Positions 15,517 through 22,204 of a stretch of 25,685 nt of DNA are shown one piece after another. Source of the stretch: a virus (Duplodnaviria; Caudoviricetes); the IMG/VR virus record IMGVR_UViG_3300020044_002886, positions 1-25,685 of that record. The stretch is one strand, 5' to 3'. The position numbers and the translations under genes were made by a program. Under the pieces are notes generated by a model. The model searched no databases. It was not told the origin of the DNA and was given only the letters and a program-made list of their open reading frames with translations. The stretch's first letter is position 1. The number at the start of each line of letters is the position of its first letter.

Positions 15517-15743
15517 TTTGTACCTTTCGGGGGCTTGCCAAAGTATTGTTTCGTTCCGTCTGGATTGTCTTTCTTTAAGATTGTCCAGCCGTGTAGCTTG
15601 ACCATACGTGCCATCTTACTGTGAGGGCTTGTTGTCGGAAGGTAACGGGCTATCTCCGCTGCTGTCGTGCCTTCCTTCTTGGCTAACAGAACTTTTATCC
15701 GTTCCGTCTGGCCGACTGGTTTCTTCTTGAACATTGTTAACAT
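15513..15743 (-). CDS. Small HTH-like protein
   Basis: TQ/GQTERIKVLL....GTTAAEI.....TSPHSKMA......GW.I.K pattern; ATGA-coupled to the downstream gene. Confidence 0.6.
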   Translation of the reverse strand: MLTMFKKKPVGQTERIKVLLAKKEGTTAAEIARYLPTTSPHSKMARMVKLHGWTILKKDNPDGTKQYFGKPPKGTK

Positions 15744-15834
15744 TTGACTTTCCTTTGTTAAAGATGGCTTCCCATCGGGCTGAAAAATCCTCTGCGGATA
15801 CAGAGAATGGTCTTGGTGAACTTCCCTTGCTCAT
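15616..15834 (-). CDS. Hypothetical protein (MSKGSSPRPFSV family)
   Basis: ATGA overlap with the upstream ORF and GGAG RBS; the low-complexity tail overlaps the next gene by 128 nt. Confidence 0.6.
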   Translation of the reverse strand: MSKGSSPRPFSVSAEDFSARWEAIFNKGKSNVNNVQEETSRPDGTDKSSVSQEGRHDSSGDSPLPSDNKPSQ

Positions 15835-16022
15835 TTTGGCGATCTCCGAAAATCACGTTGTTTAGGCGTTGCGTGACCAACGTGCCAGTAATGGCAATGA
15901 GGGCACTTGTAAGCCTCCATAGGGCTGTCTCTACGCCTTCCAACGATAACCAATGCAAGCTCTTTTGTTGGCAGCTTGTCTTTGCCTTGACATTGGATTG
16001 CAGGGTCTGTTGTGTATGTCAT
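15831..16022 (-). CDS. Small Zn-finger-like protein
   Basis: CQGK...AYKCPHCHYWHVGH; ATGA-coupled at both ends. Confidence 0.7.
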   Translation of the reverse strand: MTYTTDPAIQCQGKDKLPTKELALVIVGRRRDSPMEAYKCPHCHYWHVGHATPKQRDFRRSPK

Positions 16023-16243
16023 ACTTCCCTCGCTTTCAGCATGGCATCGGCAACGGCATAAGCTGCTTCAGCAAGTTTTTCAACACCGCCTGAAAATTGT
16101 GCGTTTTTGCCATTAAGAACAGCATCCCAAATCTGAGCGCCTGTAAGTGCTTGCGCCGCAAAGTAATCGCGCAAGCTCATGCCAAGATACATTGAATCGC
16201 TGCTGGTTGGGAAGGCTGCACCCCCTACATTGTCTTTGCTCAT
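16019..16243 (-). CDS. Hypothetical phage protein (GMSLRDYFAA family)
   Basis: GGAAFP...GMSLRDYFAAQA...AYAVADAMLKAR. Confidence 0.85.
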   Translation of the reverse strand: MSKDNVGGAAFPTSSDSMYLGMSLRDYFAAQALTGAQIWDAVLNGKNAQFSGGVEKLAEAAYAVADAMLKAREV

Positions 16244-16245
16244 GT

Positions 16246-16635
16246 TTATGCCCTTGAATATGCAATCACTTGCACTGGTGTGTTGTAGTTGTTCGGCTTG
16301 CCTTTGTTCATGGATGCCGCAAGCTCTGCCTTGTTAAACAAACCTTTGGCTGTTGACAGGTCAAAAGCATTGTTCTTGCTCTTTGGGGTTCCGTCATCCC
16401 ACAACTCTGAAGATGCTTTACCAAAAATGGATTTGCCTGTCAGTTTGTAAAATACATGATTCTTTCCTGCTTTGTCCATCTTGACATTGTTCACAACAAT
16501 CACGCCATCACGGATAAGCTCATCACGCACAATTGTTGAGGATACAGACCACAAGCCTAGCTTGCTGATCTGGCGATGTGACTTGCCTTTCAGTGTTTCT
16601 TCCAAATACCGCTGCTTATCGTGAAATTTGCTCAA
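16246..16635 (-). CDS. Hypothetical basic protein, possibly winged-HTH
   Basis: 129 aa, TTG start with GGAG RBS; VRDELIRDGVI....FYKLTG. Confidence 0.6.
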   Translation of the reverse strand: MSKFHDKQRYLEETLKGKSHRQISKLGLWSVSSTIVRDELIRDGVIVVNNVKMDKAGKNHVFYKLTGKSIFGKASSELWDDGTPKSKNNAFDLSTAKGLFNKAELAASMNKGKPNNYNTPVQVIAYSRA

Positions 16636-16798
16636 TGTAGATTCTCCGGTTAAAAAGATGTTCCAGCGTAACGATCAGAAGGGCTTTTGTGGCCGCATCT
16701 ATATCGCCAGGATGGTCTGTGTAACGAGTCACAAGTGAAATTGCATAGTCTAGCAATGCTTCGCTGGCCTCGTATTCGTCTTTGTCGTGTGTGTTCAT
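16616..16798 (-). CDS. Hypothetical protein, first gene of the leftward early operon
   Basis: 60 aa; ATG lies 7 nt downstream of a TAATCT -10 and has no Shine-Dalgarno (possibly leaderless). Confidence 0.6.
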   Translation of the reverse strand: MNTHDKDEYEASEALLDYAISLVTRYTDHPGDIDAATKALLIVTLEHLFNRRIYIEQISR

Positions 16799-16805
16799 AG
16801 CACAA

Positions 16806-16890
16806 AGATTACAGCAAAAAAAACTCTTGTCTATTAGGGTTTGTCCTAATACACAAACACGTTTTGTGCGTCAACAATAGAGGCTCAACA
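16806..16890. promoter_or_regulatory. Divergent promoter region with palindromic box copy 2
   Basis: Palindrome TATTAGG-GTTTGT-CCTAATA (16832-16851); leftward TAGACA-16 nt-TAATCT; rightward TACACA-17 nt-AACAAT; gene orientation switches here. Confidence 0.7.
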
Positions 16891-16906
16891 CAACCAAAGG
16901 AATGAT

Positions 16907-17068
16907 ATGAAAATCACTTTATCGCGTCAGGAAGTTGAAAAAATCTTGCTTGACTATGCCAATAAATTGGTCGAGGGTTACGGCTTTAACGAGGTTGTTG
17001 GCGGCTCTTACCGCGACATTCCTTCAAGCGTTGACTTAATTAAGGTTGACCCAAAGGAGCAAGAATGA
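16907..17068 (+). CDS. Small hypothetical protein (not in the ORF track)
   Basis: MKITLSRQEVEKILLDYANKLVEGYGFNEVVGGSYRDIPSSVDLIKVDPKEQE; AAAGGA RBS. Confidence 0.7.
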   Translation: MKITLSRQEVEKILLDYANKLVEGYGFNEVVGGSYRDIPSSVDLIKVDPKEQE

Positions 17069-17220
17069 ACACAGCGTACCTTACACGGGTGCGCAGCTTG
17101 TTCTGCGTTCCAGGTGTTCCAAAACACATTCAGCGTCACAACTGCCGCCAGTGGGTCAAATCAATCAGGAATCTTGGCGACAAGTGGCTTTTGGCACAAC
17201 CAATAAAGAGGCCACAATGA
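17065..17220 (+). CDS. Small basic hypothetical protein (not in the ORF track)
   Basis: MNTAYLTRVRSLFCVPGVPKHIQRHNCRQWVKSIRNLGDKWLLAQPIKRPQ; AAGGAG RBS; ATGA overlaps at both ends. Confidence 0.7.
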   Translation: MNTAYLTRVRSLFCVPGVPKHIQRHNCRQWVKSIRNLGDKWLLAQPIKRPQ

Positions 17221-17360
17221 ATGACTTTGAAGGCGTACAATTCTGCGCTTACTGCGGTGAAGAGCGAGGAGACAAACGCTCTTGCTGTCAGGAAAATCAC
17301 TGGGTTGAATATGAAGACCTGGATGAAGAAACTAAAAACTCACTGAAGGAATCAAAATGA
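17217..17360 (+). CDS. Small Cys-rich acidic protein
   Basis: MNDFEGVQFCAYCGEERGDKRSCCQENHWVEYEDLDEETKNSLKESK; this is the likely coding part of track ORF 17046-17360 and is coupled to erf. Confidence 0.7.
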   Translation: MNDFEGVQFCAYCGEERGDKRSCCQENHWVEYEDLDEETKNSLKESK

Positions 17361-17965
17361 ATGTATATCAAAAACTCAATGCGGCTCGGGCTAAGTTTCA
17401 CAGCATTGAACTCAAGAAGTCAGGCCACAACAAGTTTGCTGGCTACAAGTACTTTGAACTTGGCGACTTCATCATTCCAGCACTAGAAATCTTTAATGAA
17501 GTTGGCCTAACAGGGGTCGTTACATTTGGCGCAACAGAAGCCCACATGCGGATCATTGATGTTGACAAGCCAGACAACATGATCTTTATCTCTTCACCCA
17601 TGTCTACAGCGGCTTTAAAGGGCTGTCATGAGGTGCAAAACCTTGGGGCAGTGCAAACATACCTTCGCCGTTATTTGTGGGTTGCTGCGCTTGAAATTGT
17701 TGAGCACGATGCCATTGATTCAGCGCCAGCAAAAGAGAAAGTAGTTATCACCCCATCACAGGGTATTGCAGACACTATTCCTCAAGAGGAATTGCAGTAC
17801 CTTCAAGAATTAGCAATCGAGTTGGTTGCTAACGTAGCTGAAGGCAATCCAAAACAAGCACTTGAAAGGCTTGATTCGGAAAAGCTAGAGGCCGATCAAA
17901 AGGTAGCCTTGTGGTCAATGCTAGATAGCAAGACCCGTTCTGCCATTAAAAAAGCAAAGGAATAA
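17357..17965 (+). CDS. erf: ERF-superfamily ssDNA-annealing recombinase
   Basis: LKKSGHNKFAGYKYFELGDF, QNLGAVQTYLRRYL...LEIVEHD. Confidence 0.88.
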   Translation: MNVYQKLNAARAKFHSIELKKSGHNKFAGYKYFELGDFIIPALEIFNEVGLTGVVTFGATEAHMRIIDVDKPDNMIFISSPMSTAALKGCHEVQNLGAVQTYLRRYLWVAALEIVEHDAIDSAPAKEKVVITPSQGIADTIPQEELQYLQELAIELVANVAEGNPKQALERLDSEKLEADQKVALWSMLDSKTRSAIKKAKE

Positions 17966-17967
17966 TC

Positions 17968-18222
17968 ATGCAATACGACAATAGCAATCGCGGAGCCATC
18001 TTCAAGAATGAAGACAAGCAGCAAGACAACCACCCTGATTACAAAGGAAGTCTGAACGTCAATGGCGTTGACTTGTGGGTATCAGGATGGCTTAAAACAA
18101 GCGAGAAGACAGGTAAAAAGTTTATGAGCTTGTCAGTCAAGCCTAAAGAAGATAAGCCTGTTAAAAAGGCTTCTAAGCCTTCTGGCGGTTTTGACGATAT
18201 GGATTCAGACGTACCCTTTTAA
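17968..18222 (+). CDS. Phage single-stranded DNA-binding protein-like (DUF736-like)
   Basis: NRGAIFKN..K....HPDYKG...V.G....VSGW...GKKFMSLSV; acidic SSB-type tail DMDSDVPF; follows erf. Confidence 0.8.
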   Translation: MQYDNSNRGAIFKNEDKQQDNHPDYKGSLNVNGVDLWVSGWLKTSEKTGKKFMSLSVKPKEDKPVKKASKPSGGFDDMDSDVPF

Positions 18223-18234
18223 CATGGAGACAAC

Positions 18235-18384
18235 ATGAAAAAACTTGTTATCGGCGTTTACCTTGCAACACTTGCCACAATGACTTGGGCTAGTTGCACA
18301 ACAAACACTTACTACATCAATGGCAAGATGACCACTTGCACTGTTTGCTGTACGCAGTTCGGTTGCACAACTAACTGCTTCTGA
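18235..18384 (+). CDS. Secreted 6-Cys mini-protein (not in the ORF track)
   Basis: MKKLVIGVYLATLATMTWA-SCTTNTYYINGKMTTCTVCCTQFGCTTNCF; GGAGA RBS; Sec-type signal peptide pattern. Confidence 0.75.
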   Translation: MKKLVIGVYLATLATMTWASCTTNTYYINGKMTTCTVCCTQFGCTTNCF

Positions 18385-18389
18385 TTAAC

Positions 18390-18465
18390 GGGGGAAAGCG
18401 GATGCTGAAGCAAGAACTTCCGAAAGGATGGCGGTGCAACTCCGCACAGACGCAGCGAGTACCCC
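18390..18465 (+). ncRNA. Candidate structured RNA (loop-E, GNRA and T-loop-like motifs)
   Basis: Closing stem GGGG/CCCC flanked by GAA/AGTA; inner CTG/CAG; hairpins TCC-GAAA-GGA and GCGG-TGCAACT-CCGC; fills an otherwise non-coding gap. Confidence 0.55.
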
Positions 18466-18481
18466 ACCTACAAGGAAAAAC

Positions 18482-18799
18482 ATGAAAGAAACACAATCGT
18501 TTGGCATGACAGAGTTCCAGGTCATGCAATGGGCGCAAGCTCGTGGAATTTACGACAACGGCACAGCACTAGGCCAAGCAAAGAAGACGGTTGAAGAAGC
18601 CAATGAACTGCTTGCTGCTGTTGAGGCAAATGACCGTGCTGAGATTGCTGATGCTATTGGTGACGTTATGGTCACGCTGGTTAACGTAGCGGTGCTGTGT
18701 GACATGGATGTACGTCAATGCTTCTATAACGCTTACAAGGTCATTGAACCACGTAAGGGTTACATGAACAAAGATGGGCAGTTTGTGAAGGAGTCGTGA
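18482..18799 (+). CDS. MazG-like NTP pyrophosphohydrolase
   Basis: Start set to ATG 18482 (AAGGA RBS); WAQARGI, K..EEANEL...DAIGDVMVTL, AY..I..RKG.M..GQFVKE. Confidence 0.85.
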   Translation: MKETQSFGMTEFQVMQWAQARGIYDNGTALGQAKKTVEEANELLAAVEANDRAEIADAIGDVMVTLVNVAVLCDMDVRQCFYNAYKVIEPRKGYMNKDGQFVKES

Positions 18800-19017
18800 T
18801 GTCGGCCCTTGATAAGCAAATTTCGGGCAATCACTACAAAGACAAAGGCATCCAGCCTATTGTCTACATCCATGCAAACAATCTAGGTTTCTGTGAAGGC
18901 AACGTCATCAAGTACGTTACACGTCATAAGGAAAAGAATGGGGCTGCTGACATTAAGAAAGCAATCCATTACCTAGAACTTCTGCTGGAACTGGAGTACA
19001 AAGATGCTGCTGTTTGA
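18796..19017 (+). CDS. DUF3310 (SaV / T7 gp1.7-like) protein
   Basis: QISGNHYK...IQPI.YI....LGFCEGNVIKYVTR...KNG..DIKKAIHYL. Confidence 0.88.
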   Translation: MMSALDKQISGNHYKDKGIQPIVYIHANNLGFCEGNVIKYVTRHKEKNGAADIKKAIHYLELLLELEYKDAAV

Positions 19018-19204
19018 TGTTTGTCGGTGCGATCCTGAATTGCCCGATAACTTCTGCAAGAACTGCAAGAGGTGGCTCAGTCACCCTAACCAAGTAACTG
19101 TGCCACGTACTCCGATTGTTACTGTAGAGACAAGCGCATCAGAGGCTTGTGCCTACATGCCTATCAGCCTTTTAGAACATCCAAAGCGTTCTGGATGTGC
19201 TTGA
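19004..19204 (+). CDS. Small Cys-rich hypothetical protein
   Basis: DVCRC......CKNCKRW...C; GGAG RBS; 3' end overlaps the endolysin stop convergently. Confidence 0.6.
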   Translation: MLLFDVCRCDPELPDNFCKNCKRWLSHPNQVTVPRTPIVTVETSASEACAYMPISLLEHPKRSGCA

Positions 19205-19778
19205 TTCGGTCATCTAGACCAATAGTGCCGCCGTTGATCTTTTTGGTTAGCGCCAAAATGTTGCCAGATTCAGCCAAGGCATTTAGCTTATGGGTGTCCC
19301 AAAACCAACCAGCAGTTAAAGCAGCGTACTGTGGTGTCGCCACAAGGTCTGGTTCCATAATGAAATCAACACCGAGGGCATTGCTTGCGTGGTGGTAATT
19401 TGCCGCGCCAGTCAACTGCAAAATACCTCTTCCCCTGAACCGAAATCCATCACCCGATGCCTCATCGCGGTTGTTCATGCGGTTGCCGTAAATTCGGTTG
19501 GCAATCTTTTTGGGTTGGCGCTCATATGCGGCAGCCTCTTCAGGCGTAAAACCCCAAGTGCGTTTTGGTGTTTTAGGAAACAGCTTGAGAAGCGTTGCAG
19601 CGCGGTAATTTAGGTTTTCTTCCAGAACCCTGAAGTTTCCGCTTTCATGACTGCATTGTCCAATGAACGCAGCTTGTTGGCGAGGCGTCAGGATATTGAA
19701 TCGCTCAAAGGTGGCATTCAAAGCATCAACCCACTGAGGGCCGATATGCATCTTTTGGAGTTGCTCACTGTTGACCAT
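19164..19778 (-). CDS. Endolysin, glycoside hydrolase family 19
   Basis: AAFIGQCSHESGNF..LEENLNY, GDGFRFRGRGILQLTG..NY, TKKINGG..GL.DR. Confidence 0.93.
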   Translation of the reverse strand: MVNSEQLQKMHIGPQWVDALNATFERFNILTPRQQAAFIGQCSHESGNFRVLEENLNYRAATLLKLFPKTPKRTWGFTPEEAAAYERQPKKIANRIYGNRMNNRDEASGDGFRFRGRGILQLTGAANYHHASNALGVDFIMEPDLVATPQYAALTAGWFWDTHKLNALAESGNILALTKKINGGTIGLDDRIKHIQNALDVLKG

Positions 19779-20277
19779 TGATGATGTTCCTCATGTTGTC
19801 GTATGCGTCGATGCAGGAATTTAACTGGTTAATCGCCCTATCCCCATCGGCTGCAATCTGCGCAATCAGTTGGAGGGTTTCGCGCTCGGACTCACTGGGA
19901 CCAGTATCTGCGTCAGGCGTTGGGTTAGGTTGGCTTGGCGCTTGGTTGCTATCTCTTGCGACAACGGTGGCACTTGGGCTGGCTTGTGGACAACTGGCGG
20001 AGGGGAAGCGCACCCTGCCAGCACGAATGGCAGAATTAAGGTCCATTTGCTTTTTGTTGATAACATCATTGGCCTTTCTGAGTTCGGATTCTTTGTCAGC
20101 GACAGCTTTAGCCATCTCCTGCTCTTTGGCTCTTGCCTCTTCGTTCTTTCTGGCGATCTCGATTTGCATCTCGGTATCGCGGTCATCCCAGCCGTTGCTG
20201 TAGCCGTATTTGTAGAAGCCGCCGACAGTCAGCAGTGCCACAAGCGCAATCGCGGGGTACAAAGCAAGCGGGTTCAT
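19765..20277 (-). CDS. i-spanin (Rz-like)
   Basis: N-terminal TM anchor, periplasmic coiled coil, C-terminal AADGDRAI.QLNSCIDAY; contains a nested lipoprotein ORF. Confidence 0.85.
   Translation of the reverse strand: MNPLALYPAIALVALLTVGGFYKYGYSNGWDDRDTEMQIEIARKNEEARAKEQEMAKAVADKESELRKANDVINKKQMDLNSAIRAGRVRFPSASCPQASPSATVVARDSNQAPSQPNPTPDADTGPSESERETLQLIAQIAADGDRAINQLNSCIDAYDNMRNIINGQQ
19866..20069 (-). CDS. o-spanin (Rz1-like lipoprotein) nested in the i-spanin gene
   Basis: MMLSTKSKWTLILPFVLAGC lipobox followed by a Pro-rich mature part, in a different frame entirely within the i-spanin gene. Confidence 0.8.
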   Translation of the reverse strand: MMLSTKSKWTLILPFVLAGCASPPPVVHKPAQVPPLSQEIATKRQANLTQRLTQILVPVSPSAKPSN

Positions 20278-20807
20278 TCGGCCTCCCTACGGGCCTCGGC
20301 GATCTCAGCACGGTCCTCATCGTCTTCCAAATGCTCTGGTGGCGTGGTTGGTGGTGGGCCTGGCGTCCAAGATTCATCAAGCTCTGGATTCTTCCACACA
20401 GGCATAGCACCAAAAGGCTGGCTTGGAAGGCCATATGCGGACTGTGGAGGCGCATAACTGCTTTGGTTGTAGCCACCCATCATGGGCTGGCACATCGGAT
20501 GCTGTGGGGGCTGTGGCGTGAATGCCTTGGCCGCTGTCGATACAGCACGCTTGCCAATGACGCCACCGATACCGCCAACGATGAGCAACACAATGTCGTT
20601 CAGCATCTTGGTGTACGCCTGGTCAATTGGGGCCATTGACTTGATCGGCTGGGTAACAAACGTCACCGAATACAGCAAGGCTGTCACGATACCAAACAAA
20701 ATGATGGTAACGGCCACCACCACAAAAGCCCAAATGCGGACCTCCAGCAGCGCGGTTTCTTCTTCAACGGACCGGTGTGGGTTCGGCGGCTGGTTTGGTT
20801 TGCTCAA
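20274..20807 (-). CDS. Two-TM membrane protein with Pro-rich tail, holin candidate
   Basis: Start reassigned to TTG 20807 (GGAGAAG RBS); TM1 IWAFVVVAVTIILFGIVTALLYSV, TM2 IVLLIVGGIGGVIG; ATGA-coupled to the i-spanin. Confidence 0.65.
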   Translation of the reverse strand: MSKPNQPPNPHRSVEEETALLEVRIWAFVVVAVTIILFGIVTALLYSVTFVTQPIKSMAPIDQAYTKMLNDIVLLIVGGIGGVIGKRAVSTAAKAFTPQPPQHPMCQPMMGGYNQSSYAPPQSAYGLPSQPFGAMPVWKNPELDESWTPGPPPTTPPEHLEDDEDRAEIAEARREAE

Positions 20808-20988
20808 TTTGCTTCTCCAAGATTGGCGCGACAAGGTATTCAGGACAAGTCTGTGTGAACTGGCAACGAGGTTTCTGGCAGCGTTCAGCATGGAAGTTGT
20901 CAGGGTTCTGACAGAAATATCGGTAGTGCTCGTCTATACAACCACTCAACATGGCAACACTTATAAACGCCAAAAATGTTTTAAACAT
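20764..20988 (-). CDS. Small Cys-rich lipoprotein in the lysis module
   Basis: MFKTFLAFISVAMLSGC lipobox; mature part DEHYRYFCQNPDN....CQKP.C.....CPEYL. Confidence 0.75.
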   Translation of the reverse strand: MFKTFLAFISVAMLSGCIDEHYRYFCQNPDNFHAERCQKPRCQFTQTCPEYLVAPILEKQIEQTKPAAEPTPVR

Positions 20989-21493
20989 GTGGAGCCTTGT
21001 GGTGCGTAAAGTGTAGGTCTTCTGCCATCTTCCGAGCTTTTACAGCTTCTTCTGCTGTTGCAAAGTATCCCAAATGTTTCTGCTTGTAGTTATGCGTGAT
21101 GGTTGCAGACCAAGGCTTAGATTTCAATCTGGCTTCTTTTCTTACTCCTCGAAATCCAGATGTATTGTTTTTTGTGAGAAAAGTATTTTCACTGTTTTGC
21201 TTATGAGTTGCCAAACGTAAATTTACGGGTTTATTGTTGGCTTTATCACGATCAATATGGTCAATACCAAGTAGCGGAATTGCTCCATAGACATATAGCC
21301 ACATCAAACGATGTGCCAACTGGTCAGTTTGGTCAACACGAATCACAACATACCCAGCAGCATTTATTGAACCTGCTAGTTGACCTTTTTTTGCCTTACC
21401 ACCCATGGTGTTTTTCCACTTGAAAACGCCATCCTCGGTATCGACTTCAAGCAACTCACATAAACGGTCACGCGTTAAAATATCTTTAGTCAT
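20981..21493 (-). CDS. HNH homing endonuclease with C-terminal AP2-like DNA-binding domain
   Basis: LAHRLMWLYVYG..P...IDHIDRDKANNKPVNLRLAT..QN..N; NTSGFRGV...W.A.I......HLGYF.T.EEA..AR; start set to ATG 21493. Confidence 0.9.
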   Translation of the reverse strand: MTKDILTRDRLCELLEVDTEDGVFKWKNTMGGKAKKGQLAGSINAAGYVVIRVDQTDQLAHRLMWLYVYGAIPLLGIDHIDRDKANNKPVNLRLATHKQNSENTFLTKNNTSGFRGVRKEARLKSKPWSATITHNYKQKHLGYFATAEEAVKARKMAEDLHFTHHKAPHV

Positions 21494-21519
21494 TCCATGC
21501 TCCATTGCAATATGATTAG

Positions 21520-21582
21520 AAACACCGGTTGCGGACAACAATCGGTGTTTTGCATTGTAGCAAGAAATGTTATTCATGACAA
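21520..21582 (-). promoter_or_regulatory. Sigma70 promoter and leader hairpin of the HNH cassette
   Basis: TTGTCA (21577-21582)-17 nt-TACAAT (21554-21559); hairpin AAACACCG...CGGTGTTT (21520-21550). Confidence 0.7.
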
Positions 21583-21633
21583 GTGCTCATCGCAACCAGT
21601 AAGCAGTAGGATGGCTGCGACAAGATATTTCAT
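21574..21633 (-). pseudogene. Truncated 5' remnant of the lipoprotein gene
   Basis: MKYLVAAILLLTGCDEHLS-stop; ATGA-coupled to the upstream gene; lipobox plus DEH matches SGCIDEH of 20764-20988. Confidence 0.7.
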
Positions 21634-22112
21634 GGCTTCATCCCATACATGACTAGGTAAACACCAAAGCCAACAAGAGCAAAGATGACAACGATGCCAC
21701 CAACAACAATCAGGATTTCGACAAGCTCTTCCCGTTCTTGCTTGGCTCTGAGCGCCCTGTCTCGGGACAGTTGAGCGTCAATCTTGTCTTGCTTGTCCAT
21801 CTCGGCCACACGGACCATGATGGAATTCCAAACGTCCATGTTGTTTGGGAAAAACAAGCCTTTGACCTGCTCCTCGAAATCACGCTGGGCTTTTAGGTCA
21901 AGTTCGATCTGAACGGCTTGACCCATGTTGGAGCCGCCTTTTTTCTTAGCGACTTTAAGTGCTTTGGTGACTTCGTGCTTTTGCTCAAAGTATCGCCCTA
22001 GCAAAGGACCAAGGCTGCGCACATCATCGGCAGTTTTTGATGCCTGCTTAATCATGGATACCGTCTTTTGGACAGCAGCCATAGCCGTTAAGGCCATTGT
22101 GATCGGTTCCAT
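21630..22112 (-). CDS. Membrane-anchored coiled-coil protein
   Basis: 160 aa, MEPITMALTA N-terminus, helical middle, C-terminal TM ILIVVGGIVVIFALVGFGVYLV. Confidence 0.75.
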   Translation of the reverse strand: MEPITMALTAMAAVQKTVSMIKQASKTADDVRSLGPLLGRYFEQKHEVTKALKVAKKKGGSNMGQAVQIELDLKAQRDFEEQVKGLFFPNNMDVWNSIMVRVAEMDKQDKIDAQLSRDRALRAKQEREELVEILIVVGGIVVIFALVGFGVYLVMYGMKP

Positions 22113-22204
22113 TACAGCAAAACCTCAATAAATACTTTGACGCACCAAATAATCATGCAGACAAGAAGGGCTGCCGCAATAAAGCTGACAGCCCAATCTT
22201 TCAT
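22112..22204 (-). CDS. 30-aa single-TM peptide (not in the ORF track)
   Basis: MKDWAVSFIAAALLVCMIIWCVKVFIEVLL; ATGA overlap upstream and TAATG overlap downstream. Confidence 0.6.
   Translation of the reverse strand: MKDWAVSFIAAALLVCMIIWCVKVFIEVLL

Larger units (their letters stand above)
20935..21582 (-). mobile_element. Free-standing HNH-AP2 insertion cassette (promoter, hairpin, HNH, second signal peptide)
   Basis: Bounded by GATGAGCACT (21582-21591) and GACGAGCACT (20925-20934), both encoding DEH just after a lipobox Cys. Confidence 0.6.

Noticed and set aside
16799-16906. Classical cI/cro lysogeny switch
   Set aside because: Divergent promoters are present, but neither flanking gene resembles an HTH-S24 repressor or Cro, and no integrase is in the window; lifestyle cannot be called.
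17046-17216. 5' extension of track ORF 17046-17360
   Set aside because: Better explained by coupled ORFs 16907-17068 and 17065-17220 and a real start at 17217.
18385-18470. Possible tRNA or c-di-GMP riboswitch
   Set aside because: No 7-bp acceptor stem, D arm or anticodon arm, and the GEMM consensus is not matched; kept only as an unnamed RNA candidate.
19778-21009. Plus-strand ORFs opposite the spanin and holin-candidate genes
   Set aside because: Antisense shadows without RBS; the minus strand is already coding, in part doubly.
20981-21582. Group I intron around the HNH gene
   Set aside because: Under 90 nt of non-coding flank upstream and none downstream, too little for a ribozyme core; a promoter and second signal peptide explain it better.
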